Origin: an uncultured Candidatus Saccharibacteria bacterium
GTDB taxonomy: Bacteria; Patescibacteriota; Minisyncoccia; Phycocordibacterales; SBAW01
Reading direction: 5' to 3'
Assembly (NCBI GenBank): GCA_964650645.1
Contig: CAZYUH010000001.1
Location: 347,032-411,031, forward strand
Length of the DNA stretch: 64,000 nt
The notes below the pieces were generated by a model, which did not search any database, was not told the origin of the DNA, and was given only the letters and a program-made list of their open reading frames with translations. Position numbers and translations under genes: made by a program. Shown here one piece after another: positions 38,932-47,967 of the stretch (position 1 is its first letter; the number at the start of each line of letters is the position of its first letter).

Positions 38932-40414
38932 GGCCCTCCTTTTTTCCATACTCTTATTCGCGCTTCCCGCCGCCGCCCATGCGTCGGTCGTTATAAGCGA
39001 AGTGATGTACGACCCCGAGGGTGCCGATACCGGCCGCGAGTGGGTCGAACTGTATAACGACGGCGCCGATGATGTGGCGCTTGTGGGCGGCACGGGCAAG
39101 GGCTCGTGGCGCATCAGCGACAACGCCAATCATTCCATTACCGACCCTTCGGGCAGGGTGGGGCGCGGCTCGCTTGTCGTGCCGGCGGGCGGCTACCTGG
39201 TGCTGGCAAGCGACCCTGCGGCGTTCATGGCGGAATATTCAGGCGACTACTCCGTCGCCAAGGCGTCGCTCTCTTTTAATAACACCGGCGCGACCGTGTC
39301 GCTCGTAGACGGCAGCGGCGCGACGGTCGACTCCGCGACGTACAGCGCGAGCCAGGGTGGCGACGGCAACGGCGCGAGCCTCCAGCTCTCATCGGGCGCA
39401 TGGCTGCAGGCCCTGCCTACGCCGGGCGCCGCCAACGCGACCGAGGCGTACGCGCCGCCGGAGGCTGAAAAGGGAAGCGGCAGCTCCGGCGCGTCCAAGT
39501 CGCCCTCGACCTACTACGTGGCACCGCCCGCGCCCGCGGTGTTCGCGGACGCGGGGGAGGACCGCACGGTTATCGTCGGGGCCGACGCGATGTTCCGCGC
39601 GCAGGCGTACAATCGCGACCGTGCGGCCTTCAAGAGCGCTAAGTTCGTATGGAACTTCGGCGACGGCGTGTCCGCCGAGGGCGCGCAGGTGATGCACCAC
39701 TTCTCCTACCCGGGCCGCTACAGCGTCGAGCTCCATATCACCAACCAGAACTACTCGGCCTCGTCGAAGGTCATCGTGACGGCGAAAGAGGCCGCGGTCG
39801 CGATGGCGGAGCTTCCGGGCGGCGGCGCGTCGATACGCAACGGCGCCGACCGCGACCTCGACCTGTCGTACTGGCTGGTGCGCCAGGGCGCGGCGACGTT
39901 CAGGCTGCCGGAGCACTCAATCGCGCTCAGGGGGGAGGCTATCAATATCGACCAGGCGACGCTCGGCTTCGCGGCGACGGGCGCCAAGCTCCTGTACCCC
40001 AACGGGGCCGAGGTGGCGCTATCTGCGGCGGCGCCCGACAGCGCTCCTGAAGCAAGCACGGCGCCGGCCCCCGTATCCGCTCCCCTTATCGAGCCTGATT
40101 CTGCGTCCGACGAGGATGCACGGGCCCTTTCTTCGATTTCCATTTCCATCGAGGAGCCGATGCAAGCGCCTGCCGCAGGGCAAGCGGCTCCTGCCGCGAC
40201 CTCTTCCGCAGCGCAGGTGCATGATGGTCTGGCGCCTACGGAGCTTGCCGCAGCGGCGGGCGAAAGCGGCGCCGTGCTCCCGTTGTGGACCGCTTTGGCG
40301 GGGCTCGGCGGCATCATGGGTCTGGGCGTCGCGGGGGTGCTCGCCGCGCGCCGCAAGCCGGGCACGGGCGGTGAAACCACTTTATCGGCAGATGAGTTTG
40401 AAATAGAGGGCTAA
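38897..40414 (+). CDS. surface protein with lamin-tail domain (LTD) and PKD domain, C-terminal TM anchor
   Basis: Signal peptide (LLFSILLFALPAAAHA). LTD (VVISEVMYDPEGADTGREWVELYN...). PKD (FVWNFGDGVSAEGAQVMHHFSYPGRYSVELHITN). C-terminal TM helix (LWTALAGLGGIMGLGVAGVLA) plus RRK. Confidence 0.8.
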   Translation: MSEQSITSRATRALLFSILLFALPAAAHASVVISEVMYDPEGADTGREWVELYNDGADDVALVGGTGKGSWRISDNANHSITDPSGRVGRGSLVVPAGGYLVLASDPAAFMAEYSGDYSVAKASLSFNNTGATVSLVDGSGATVDSATYSASQGGDGNGASLQLSSGAWLQALPTPGAANATEAYAPPEAEKGSGSSGASKSPSTYYVAPPAPAVFADAGEDRTVIVGADAMFRAQAYNRDRAAFKSAKFVWNFGDGVSAEGAQVMHHFSYPGRYSVELHITNQNYSASSKVIVTAKEAAVAMAELPGGGASIRNGADRDLDLSYWLVRQGAATFRLPEHSIALRGEAINIDQATLGFAATGAKLLYPNGAEVALSAAAPDSAPEASTAPAPVSAPLIEPDSASDEDARALSSISISIEEPMQAPAAGQAAPAATSSAAQVHDGLAPTELAAAAGESGAVLPLWTALAGLGGIMGLGVAGVLAARRKPGTGGETTLSADEFEIEG

Positions 40415-40484
40415 TACAGCTTTTGACTTATTTAAAATTGATGGTACAGTAGCTCCCGGCTGTTCTATCATTGAAAGGCGATCC

Positions 40485-41342
40485 ATGTATAATCTCATCC
40501 TTGTTACGGGAGGCGAGGGCTTCATCGGCTCCCGTCTGTGTGCGCGGCTCGTTAAGGACGGGAATCGCGTCATATCTATCGACAACAACTTTGTACCGGC
40601 GTCTCCGCGGGTGCAAGGGGTCGAATATCGCACCGGACACGCCAAGGATATCGAAAAACTGGTATCGGAGCGGCCGAGCCTCATCTATCACTTGGGGGAG
40701 TACTCACGGGTGGAGAAGAGCCTTGGCGAGCCTTCGCTTGTCTTTGATCTCAATATTGACGGTACTCGGGGTGTGGTCGAATTCTGGCGCAAGATTGGCT
40801 GCAAGCTCGTCTATGCCGGGTCGTCCACCAAGTACGCCGATGGCGGACTCGGGCGCGACCAGTCTCCGTACGCGTGGAGCAAGGCGGTTAACACTGAACT
40901 GGTCCGCAACTATGCGGATTGGTACCGGCTCGACTTCGGCATCACGTACTTCTATAACGTGTACGGTCCCGGGGAGCGTGCGGGAACGTACGGCACCGTG
41001 GTGGAGATATTCCATCAGAAGCACGCCCAAGGATTGCCGCTGACGGTTGTGTCTCCGGGGACGCAGAAGCGCAACTTTACCCATGTCGACGATATCATCG
41101 ACGGGCTCATCCTGGTGGGCGAAAGGGGGGAGGGCGACGAGTTCGGGCTGGGCTCCGAAGAGTCCTATAGTATTCTCGATATTGCCCGTATGTTCGGAGG
41201 CAAGATCGAGATGCTTCCCGAGCGCCAAGGCAACCGCATGGACTCAAAGCTCGATGCGACCAAGTCGCGCGCCATAGGATGGCGCCCGAAGCAAACGCTT
41301 AGCGAGTATATCCGGAGCATCAAGGCCGATGCCGCTGCCTAG
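40485..41342 (+). CDS. NAD-dependent epimerase/dehydratase (short UDP-sugar decarboxylase/dehydratase type)
   Basis: ILVTGGEGFIGSRL and a YxxxK core (YAWSK). Confidence 0.85.
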   Translation: MYNLILVTGGEGFIGSRLCARLVKDGNRVISIDNNFVPASPRVQGVEYRTGHAKDIEKLVSERPSLIYHLGEYSRVEKSLGEPSLVFDLNIDGTRGVVEFWRKIGCKLVYAGSSTKYADGGLGRDQSPYAWSKAVNTELVRNYADWYRLDFGITYFYNVYGPGERAGTYGTVVEIFHQKHAQGLPLTVVSPGTQKRNFTHVDDIIDGLILVGERGEGDEFGLGSEESYSILDIARMFGGKIEMLPERQGNRMDSKLDATKSRAIGWRPKQTLSEYIRSIKADAAA

Positions 41343-41362
41343 CGTGGCGAGAGTAAAACACC

Positions 41363-41394
41363 AGGGCCGCCTCGTGAGGCGGCCCTTTCTTTTG
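41363..41394 (+). terminator. rho-independent terminator
   Basis: AGGGCCGCCTC-GTGA-GGCGGCCCT followed by TTCTTTT. Confidence 0.7.
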
Positions 41395-41407
41395 GTATAG
41401 TCCTACT

Positions 41408-41947
41408 ATGCCGTCATTAACCGACAAGGCTTTACAGCTCGCATTCGCCGCCCACGAGGGCCAGAAGCGCCACGAGGGTATCCCGTACGTGACGCATCCG
41501 GTCGCGGTTGCGCTTATGCTGGCGCAGCGCGGCTTTGGCGAGGAGGTCATCGCCGCCGCGCTCTGCCATGACGTGCTTGAGGACACGAGCGTGACGGAAG
41601 GCGAGATGCGGCAGGAGTTGGGAGACGCGGTTACCGATACCGTAAAAGCTGTCTCCTACGACCGCTCGCTGCCGTGGAAAGAGCAGCGCGAGCGCTATAT
41701 CGAGTCCGTGCGCGAAGCGGGCGAGAGCGCCATGGCGGTGTCCGCGGCCGACAAGATCCACAACGCCCGGAGCCTTATTGCGCTGCATGCATCAGGCGGC
41801 CCGCACATATGGAGCAAATTCAATGCGACGAAAGAGCAGAAGCTCTGGTTTGAAGAAGCGATGCTTGCGATGCTCAAGGAGGCTTGGCAGCATCCGCTCG
41901 TGGGAGAGTACGAGGCGCTTGTGGCGCAGCTGCGCGCGCTTGATTGA
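41408..41947 (+). CDS. HD-domain (p)ppGpp hydrolase-like protein (small alarmone hydrolase type)
   Basis: RelA/SpoT HD motifs: YVTHPVAVA, AALCHDVLEDT, SAADKIHNARSL. Confidence 0.75.
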   Translation: MPSLTDKALQLAFAAHEGQKRHEGIPYVTHPVAVALMLAQRGFGEEVIAAALCHDVLEDTSVTEGEMRQELGDAVTDTVKAVSYDRSLPWKEQRERYIESVREAGESAMAVSAADKIHNARSLIALHASGGPHIWSKFNATKEQKLWFEEAMLAMLKEAWQHPLVGEYEALVAQLRALD

Positions 41948-41949
41948 TT

Positions 41950-43074
41950 ATGAAAAGGATACTCATTTTCTCGCTCGCGTATTACCCGCATGTAGGCGGC
42001 GCCGAGGTCGCAATCAAGGAGATTACGGACCGCATCGACGATATCGAGTTCGAGATGGTGACGCTGCGCTTCGGGCGCGAGGCTCGGGTAGAGCAGGTGG
42101 GTAAAGTGCTCGTGCATCGCGTGGGCTTCGGAGGCGGCGTTATTTCAAAGCTTTTCTACATACCGATGGCCGCCGCGGAGGCGTTCGTGCTCCACCGGCG
42201 CGGCAGGTTCGATGGGGCGTGGGCGATGATGAGCTACATGCTCATTCCGATCATGCTCCTGCGCGCTTTGGGAGTGCGTCTTCCGTACGTTTTGACCTTG
42301 CAGGAAGGGGACACGGAGTCCCATATGTTCGGACGGCTGCGCATCCTGCCGTTCCTGCCGCTTATCAATGCAGGCTTCCGCAATGCCGCCGTCGTGCAGG
42401 CGATCTCGACTTATCTTGGCGGCTGGGCCCGCAAGCGCGGATTTTCAAGGCTGCTCGAGGTAATTCCAAACGGCGTGGACACGCGCAGGTTCGCGATAGA
42501 AAAGGCGCCGCACGAGGGCGCGGTGCTCATAACATCCTCGCGGCTCGTCGAGAAGAACGGCATAGACACGGTCATCCGCGCGCTCCCGCTCATGCCGGTA
42601 GTGCGCTTCGTGGTGTGCGGCGCGGGCAAGGACGAGCGCAAGCTCAAATCGCTCGCGCGCGAGCTCGGCGTAGAAGGCCGCGTGGCGTTCAGGGGCTATA
42701 TGGACCACGCGCAGCTGCTCAAGGAGCTCAGCGTCGCCGATATTTTCATCCGCCCTAGCCGCTCGGAAGGCATGGGCAACTCGTTCATCGAGGCGTTCGC
42801 GGCGGAGCTGCCGGTTATCGCGACGCAGGAGGGCGGCATCGCCGATTTCCTGTTCGACGCGAAGAAAAATCCCGATAAGCCGACGACCGGCTGGGCGGTT
42901 GCCACGGATGCTCCGGAGGAAATCGCCAGGGCAGTGGAGGATATTCTCGGCAACCCGGAAGCGGCCAAGAAAGTTGTAGAAACGGCCAAGCAGTTGGCGC
43001 TCAGCAAGTACGACTGGAGCCTGATAGCAAAGGATATGCGCGAGCGCGTATTCGCAAGAATTACCGGCGCATAG
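41950..43074 (+). CDS. glycosyltransferase family 4
   Basis: ILIFSLAYYPHVGGAEV N-terminus. C-terminal SEGMGNSFIEAFAAELPVIAT (EX7E region). Confidence 0.85.
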   Translation: MKRILIFSLAYYPHVGGAEVAIKEITDRIDDIEFEMVTLRFGREARVEQVGKVLVHRVGFGGGVISKLFYIPMAAAEAFVLHRRGRFDGAWAMMSYMLIPIMLLRALGVRLPYVLTLQEGDTESHMFGRLRILPFLPLINAGFRNAAVVQAISTYLGGWARKRGFSRLLEVIPNGVDTRRFAIEKAPHEGAVLITSSRLVEKNGIDTVIRALPLMPVVRFVVCGAGKDERKLKSLARELGVEGRVAFRGYMDHAQLLKELSVADIFIRPSRSEGMGNSFIEAFAAELPVIATQEGGIADFLFDAKKNPDKPTTGWAVATDAPEEIARAVEDILGNPEAAKKVVETAKQLALSKYDWSLIAKDMRERVFARITGA

Positions 43075-43453
43075 GCGGGAGCCATGCCCATGGCAGGGTG
43101 TGGATAACTTTTGACAAGGCGAGGGGAGCGTGTTCTCGAAAATCCGAGATTCTCGGCCGTCTTCAGATTCGGCCACGCCGACTTCAGGTTCGCGTGGGTA
43201 TGTTGGGTATGGATGTGCCTGTATGCCTGTGGGTCCTTAGTCTCGCGCTGTGCAGCTGCCGTGCTCACTGCTGCGCGGTCCTGTGCCCGGACCCTGCGTG
43301 CGCTATCCGCCTCCCTCTATTTATCCATGCGAGCGACTCCCCCGTTTTTAATCGTAAAAATTCCCTGGCCTCTCAGAACAGCGGCATACGTGTCCCCTTA
43401 CCCGGCTTCCCTTCTTGTACAATTACGCTAAGCTTGCCCTGCACCCTTTCCGT

Positions 43454-44449
43454 ATGACCATCCTCATTGCAACCGGCATCTATCCTCCCCAGATCGGCGG
43501 TCCGGCCAAGTACGCCCAAAAGCTCCATGAGGAGCTGGGCCGGCGCGGGCCGGTCTTGCTGTGTGCATGGTCCGGGCTTGAGCGCGCGCTGCCGTGGGGG
43601 ATGCGCCACTTCGCGTACTTCTTGCGGCTGCTGCCGAAAGTGGCGCGCGCCGACGCGGTGCTTGCTCTGGATACATGGAGCACCGGCTTCCCCGCGCTTA
43701 TGGCGTCAAAACTCCTGCGACGCAAGCTTCTGGTGCGCATCGGAGGCGACTTTGTATGGGAGGCCTATATAGAGCGCACGGGGGATATGGTGCTGCTCTC
43801 TGAGTTTTATACGCAGCCGCGCCGGCTCTCTGCTAAAGAGCGCTTGATACAACGCGCGACGCTTCTCTTGCTGCGCCGTGCGGATGAGCTCCTGTTTAAT
43901 ACCGCCTGGCAGATGGAGATATGGCAGGAGGCCTTTACATACCGCACGCCTGCCCGCGTGCTTGAAAACGAATTCCCGCCTAAAAAACAGGCCGCAGTCT
44001 CCCCTCCCAGTCGCAAAATATTCGTCGCGGCCGGCCGCGGCATCCGCTACAAGAACATACCGGCGTTTGCCGAGGCGTTTGGAGCGGTGGCCGCCGGCCG
44101 CGCCGAGCTAGATACCCGGGCGCTGGCTCCGCAGGAAAACGCGTCGCGCATCGCCGAGTGCTACGCTGTCGCTGTGCCCTCGGTAAGCGAGGTCAACTCT
44201 AACTTCATCATCGAGGCGCTCTCGCACAATAAGCCGTTCATTGCGCCGCTTGACTGCGGCATGCGCGAGCGCCTGGGCGGATTGGGCATATTCGTCGACA
44301 CGCTCGACAGGCGCGCCATGGGGCGGGCGGTTGAGGAGCTGTTGGATGAGGAAACGTATCAGGCGTACGTCGAACGGATCAGGAACTTCTCGTGCATACG
44401 CACATGGGCTGAAATCGCGGATGAGATACTGGAATCCGCACGGGTATGA
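43454..44449 (+). CDS. glycosyltransferase (GT4-like)
   Basis: MTILIATGIYPPQIGGPAKYAQKL is a typical GT-B N-terminus. Preceded by an unusually long 380-nt non-coding gap. Confidence 0.7.
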   Translation: MTILIATGIYPPQIGGPAKYAQKLHEELGRRGPVLLCAWSGLERALPWGMRHFAYFLRLLPKVARADAVLALDTWSTGFPALMASKLLRRKLLVRIGGDFVWEAYIERTGDMVLLSEFYTQPRRLSAKERLIQRATLLLLRRADELLFNTAWQMEIWQEAFTYRTPARVLENEFPPKKQAAVSPPSRKIFVAAGRGIRYKNIPAFAEAFGAVAAGRAELDTRALAPQENASRIAECYAVAVPSVSEVNSNFIIEALSHNKPFIAPLDCGMRERLGGLGIFVDTLDRRAMGRAVEELLDEETYQAYVERIRNFSCIRTWAEIADEILESARV

Positions 44450-45417
44450 GAGTCCTCATGATAAGCGGTGATGCGCGCATGCTGGTGCCCGGCACCGAGG
44501 CGCATGACCGCTACCTGCTGCAGAAGAGCCAAGTCGAGGAGCTGCGGGTTATCGTTTGGAGCCCGCGCCGGCCGCTCGCGCTCTTTTCCGTACTGGGCCG
44601 GGCGATTGCTCGCCGCTATGACGTCGTAACCGCGCAGGACCCGCTGTGGCGCGGGCTTCTGGGGCTTGCTGCTGCGCGCCTGGGCGGCGCGCGCCTGCAG
44701 GTGCAATTGCACGGCGATTTAGAGCATGTACGCGGCGTTTCCCGCGCCATGCTCAAGCTCGTGCTGCGGCACGCCGATGCGGTGCGCGCGGTGTCCGACC
44801 GCATACGCGAGCAGGCGGAGGCGCTCGGCGCGCGGGCATTCATCGACGTGCTGCCGGTGTTCGTTGATGCCGAGGCTGTGCGCGCTGCTCCCGCAGCCGA
44901 CCTCAAAAAGGAATTCCCCCAATTCGGCAAGATAGTCCTGTTTGCCGGCCGGCTCGAGCCGGAGAAGAATTGCGCCGATGCATTGCGCGCGTTCGCGCAG
45001 GTCGCGGGCGAGTTTCCGGGCGCGGGGCTCATGGTCGCGGGCGAGGGGTCAGAGCGCCCGATGCTCGAGGCGCTGGCGCGCAACCTGGGCCTCTCGGGCA
45101 AGGTTGTATTCTCCGGGTATCGCGCCGATATCCTTTCGCTGTACAAAGCGGCGGACTGCCTCCTCGTATCATCGCTCCACGAGAGCTGGGGCGCCGCGAT
45201 GGTTGAGGCGCTCGCGGCCGGCTGCGCCGTCGCGGCGCCCGATGTCGGCGTCGCCCGCGAGGCGGGCGCTACAGTCGTTCCGCGCCGGGAGCTCGGCGCG
45301 GCTGTTACTGGTATACTGCGTTCCGGAGCGCGCGGCCGTCTGCGCTTCGCGCTGCCGAGCCGCGACGAGTGGGCGCGCCGCTGGAAGGAAACGCTAGAAT
45401 CACATCGAACGCTATGA
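44446..45417 (+). CDS. glycosyltransferase family 4
   Basis: C-terminal ESWGAAMVEALAAGCAV. Start overlaps the upstream stop. Confidence 0.8.
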   Translation: MRVLMISGDARMLVPGTEAHDRYLLQKSQVEELRVIVWSPRRPLALFSVLGRAIARRYDVVTAQDPLWRGLLGLAAARLGGARLQVQLHGDLEHVRGVSRAMLKLVLRHADAVRAVSDRIREQAEALGARAFIDVLPVFVDAEAVRAAPAADLKKEFPQFGKIVLFAGRLEPEKNCADALRAFAQVAGEFPGAGLMVAGEGSERPMLEALARNLGLSGKVVFSGYRADILSLYKAADCLLVSSLHESWGAAMVEALAAGCAVAAPDVGVAREAGATVVPRRELGAAVTGILRSGARGRLRFALPSRDEWARRWKETLESHRTL

Positions 45418-46304
45418 AGCTCTTAATAACTACGCAGGCGCTGGACCGCAACGACCCCGTTCTCGGGTTCTTCCACCGTTGGGTGGAAGAGTTCGCAAAG
45501 CACTGCGAGCAGGTGACGGTCATCTGCCTGCGCAAAGGGGACTGCGCCCTGCCGCATAACGCGCGCGTATTCGTGCTGGGTGGCGGGAACAGGCCGCAGC
45601 GCGCGTACAGGCTCCTGAAGGGCGCGTACAAATTCCGCGACAACTACGACGCCGTGTTCGTGCACATGAATCCGGAATACGTCGTTGTCGCGGGGTGGCT
45701 GTGGCGGCTTTTGGGCAAGCGCGTCGCGCTGTGGTACACGCACAAGAGCGTCGATGCGAAGCTGCGCATCGCTTCCCTCTTCGCGGATATAATCTTTACC
45801 GCCTCCAAGGAGAGTTTCAGGCTGGCGAGCGGGAAGGTCCGCGTCATGGGCCACGGCATCGATACGGAGTTCTTCCGCCCTGACCCGGCCGTGCCGCGCG
45901 GCAGCCATTTCCTTTCAGTCGGCCGCCTCATGCGAAGCAAGCGCCACGACCTCGCGATACGCGCGGCCAAGGAAGCCGGCACGCCCATACGCATCGCCGG
46001 CGCCGGCGCCGAACTTGCCAGTCTCGAGGCTCTGGCGCGGCAGGAAGGAGTGCAAGCGTCGTTTCTGGGCGGCCTCAATCAGCGGCAGCTGCGGGACGAG
46101 TACCGCCGCGCGGCGAAGCTCATCCATGCGAGCGAGACGGGAAGCCTCGACAAGGTCGTGCTTGAGGCACTCGCGTGCGGCCTGCCCATGCAGACGGGCG
46201 ACCCGGCGCTCAAGCATATGGAGGGCGAGGGGCCCGGGTACGTGCGCGAGCGCCACTCGCTTTCGTCGCTCATTCCGCGCATACTAGAGGTACTCCATGG
46301 CTAG
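45414..46304 (+). CDS. glycosyltransferase (GT4-like)
   Basis: ATG overlaps the upstream stop. C-terminal ETGSLDKVVLEALACGLPM. Confidence 0.75.
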   Translation: MKLLITTQALDRNDPVLGFFHRWVEEFAKHCEQVTVICLRKGDCALPHNARVFVLGGGNRPQRAYRLLKGAYKFRDNYDAVFVHMNPEYVVVAGWLWRLLGKRVALWYTHKSVDAKLRIASLFADIIFTASKESFRLASGKVRVMGHGIDTEFFRPDPAVPRGSHFLSVGRLMRSKRHDLAIRAAKEAGTPIRIAGAGAELASLEALARQEGVQASFLGGLNQRQLRDEYRRAAKLIHASETGSLDKVVLEALACGLPMQTGDPALKHMEGEGPGYVRERHSLSSLIPRILEVLHG

Positions 46305-46932
46305 CTACGCGCCCCAGGTCGACAAGTCGCATTACGGCGCGAAGTACCGCGGCAAGGACCGATGGCTCTCTTATTACTACCAGCTGGCACTTGCGCGCTC
46401 GGCAGCTCTAAATTCGGTGCTCGAAGTCGGCCCGGGCGAGGGAATCGTCACCGCCATGCTGCGCAGGGACGGCGTTAGGGTGGTCACGTGCGACATTGCG
46501 GAGGACCTGCGGCCGGACGTAGTGGGCTCCGTCGTCGCGTTGCCGTTTAGGGATGGGGAGTTCGAGCTCGCGATCGCGGCCGAGGTGCTGGAGCATATAC
46601 GCTTCGAAGACGTGCCGCAGGCGCTCAGCGAGTTGCGGCGAGTGAGCGGCGGGCGCGTGCTCATATCCCTGCCGCACCCGGGATGGGTATTCTCTTGCGA
46701 AATTAAGCTGCCCTTGCTCCCCCGCCTCGAATTCCTGTTCCAGATCCCTTTCTTCTGGCAGGAGCACCGCTTCAACGGCGAGCATTACTGGGAGCTGGGC
46801 AAAAAGGGGTATCCGGTCAGCCGCTTTGTCGCATGTGCGAGGGGGGCCGGCCTAAAGCTCGTATCAAGCCAAAAGCATGCAGACGACCCCGTGCACCGGT
46901 TTTTCGTATTCAGCGCCGGAGGCGGCGATTAG
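46297..46932 (+). CDS. class I SAM-dependent methyltransferase
   Basis: SAM-binding motif I LEVGPGEG. Motif II/III region ELAIAAEVLEHI...RRVSGGRVLISLP (post I). Confidence 0.8.
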   Translation: MASYAPQVDKSHYGAKYRGKDRWLSYYYQLALARSAALNSVLEVGPGEGIVTAMLRRDGVRVVTCDIAEDLRPDVVGSVVALPFRDGEFELAIAAEVLEHIRFEDVPQALSELRRVSGGRVLISLPHPGWVFSCEIKLPLLPRLEFLFQIPFFWQEHRFNGEHYWELGKKGYPVSRFVACARGAGLKLVSSQKHADDPVHRFFVFSAGGGD

Positions 46933-46935
46933 CCC

Positions 46936-47940
46936 ATGGTGAGAGATTTTGACCGGGTAATCGTTATAGCGTATGGCGCAATCGGCGATTTCGTCATGAC
47001 GCTGCTGCTGCTGGAGCGCCTCCACGCTTCCTTGCCGGGAGTGCCCATTACGGTGGCGGCGACGCGCAATGCGCCATTGCTGAGGGAAATGGCGGCAGGA
47101 TATCCGTTTATCGAGGTGGCGTCCCTTGATAAACGGACTGCGCTTCCGCTCCTGCTGCGCTCTTGGGCGCATCGTCCCCTGGTCATAGCGCCGCCGACTT
47201 TCACCGTAACGCCGAGGTTCATCGCATGGTGGGCGCGGCTCGCCTCAGTGCGCGGCAAGACGGCCGGACTGGTCGGGCCCCAAGACAGCGTCGCTCTCGG
47301 GACGGCCGTTCCTTTTGATCCCTCAAAATTATTCCACGAAAATCTTTCCGCCCTGCTCAAAGCCATCGATTGCCTTCCTGTAGTGGATACGCGCGCGCAA
47401 TTTGCCATGGATGCAAGCGCAGTGCCTTCTGAGCCTTATATAGCCGTAGCGCCTTTCGCGTCCAATCCGGGAAAAACGCTGCCCTTGGGCCGCTGGGCCG
47501 ACCTTCTATGCTTCGTAAATGCATCGTATCCGGCGCTGCGGGTGGTGCTGTTGGGGGGACCGCAGAACGCCGCCGATGCCGCGCGCTTGGCGGGAGCATT
47601 GGGCGCGGACCGCGTCGAGGTGCGATGCGGCGCACCGTTCGCTCAAACCGCGGCTTGTATCGCCCGTTCCCGATGCTTCATCGGCGCGGATTCGGGGCTT
47701 ATGCACGTAGCCGGCGCGCTCCGGGTGCCAAGCGTCGCCATAGAGAATTTGCGGGCGGTTACATGGCTACCCAGTTATAACCCTCGCGCAATCATACTTA
47801 CCGCGCCGGAAGAGTGCTTGTGCGGAGGCGATAAGACTGGAAATTGCTATAGGGAAATCGGGGGGATACGCTACCTGCGATGCATGATAGACGTACCACA
47901 GGAGGAGATATACAGGGCCATAACAGGTGTATTGGAATAA
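46936..47940 (+). CDS. glycosyltransferase family 9 (heptosyltransferase-like)
   Basis: VIVIAYGAIGDFVMTLLLLERL N-terminus. C-terminal FIGADSGLMHVAGALRVPSVAI. Confidence 0.85.
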   Translation: MVRDFDRVIVIAYGAIGDFVMTLLLLERLHASLPGVPITVAATRNAPLLREMAAGYPFIEVASLDKRTALPLLLRSWAHRPLVIAPPTFTVTPRFIAWWARLASVRGKTAGLVGPQDSVALGTAVPFDPSKLFHENLSALLKAIDCLPVVDTRAQFAMDASAVPSEPYIAVAPFASNPGKTLPLGRWADLLCFVNASYPALRVVLLGGPQNAADAARLAGALGADRVEVRCGAPFAQTAACIARSRCFIGADSGLMHVAGALRVPSVAIENLRAVTWLPSYNPRAIILTAPEECLCGGDKTGNCYREIGGIRYLRCMIDVPQEEIYRAITGVLE

Positions 47941-47967
47941 GCCCTTGTGCTACAGTGACACTATTAT

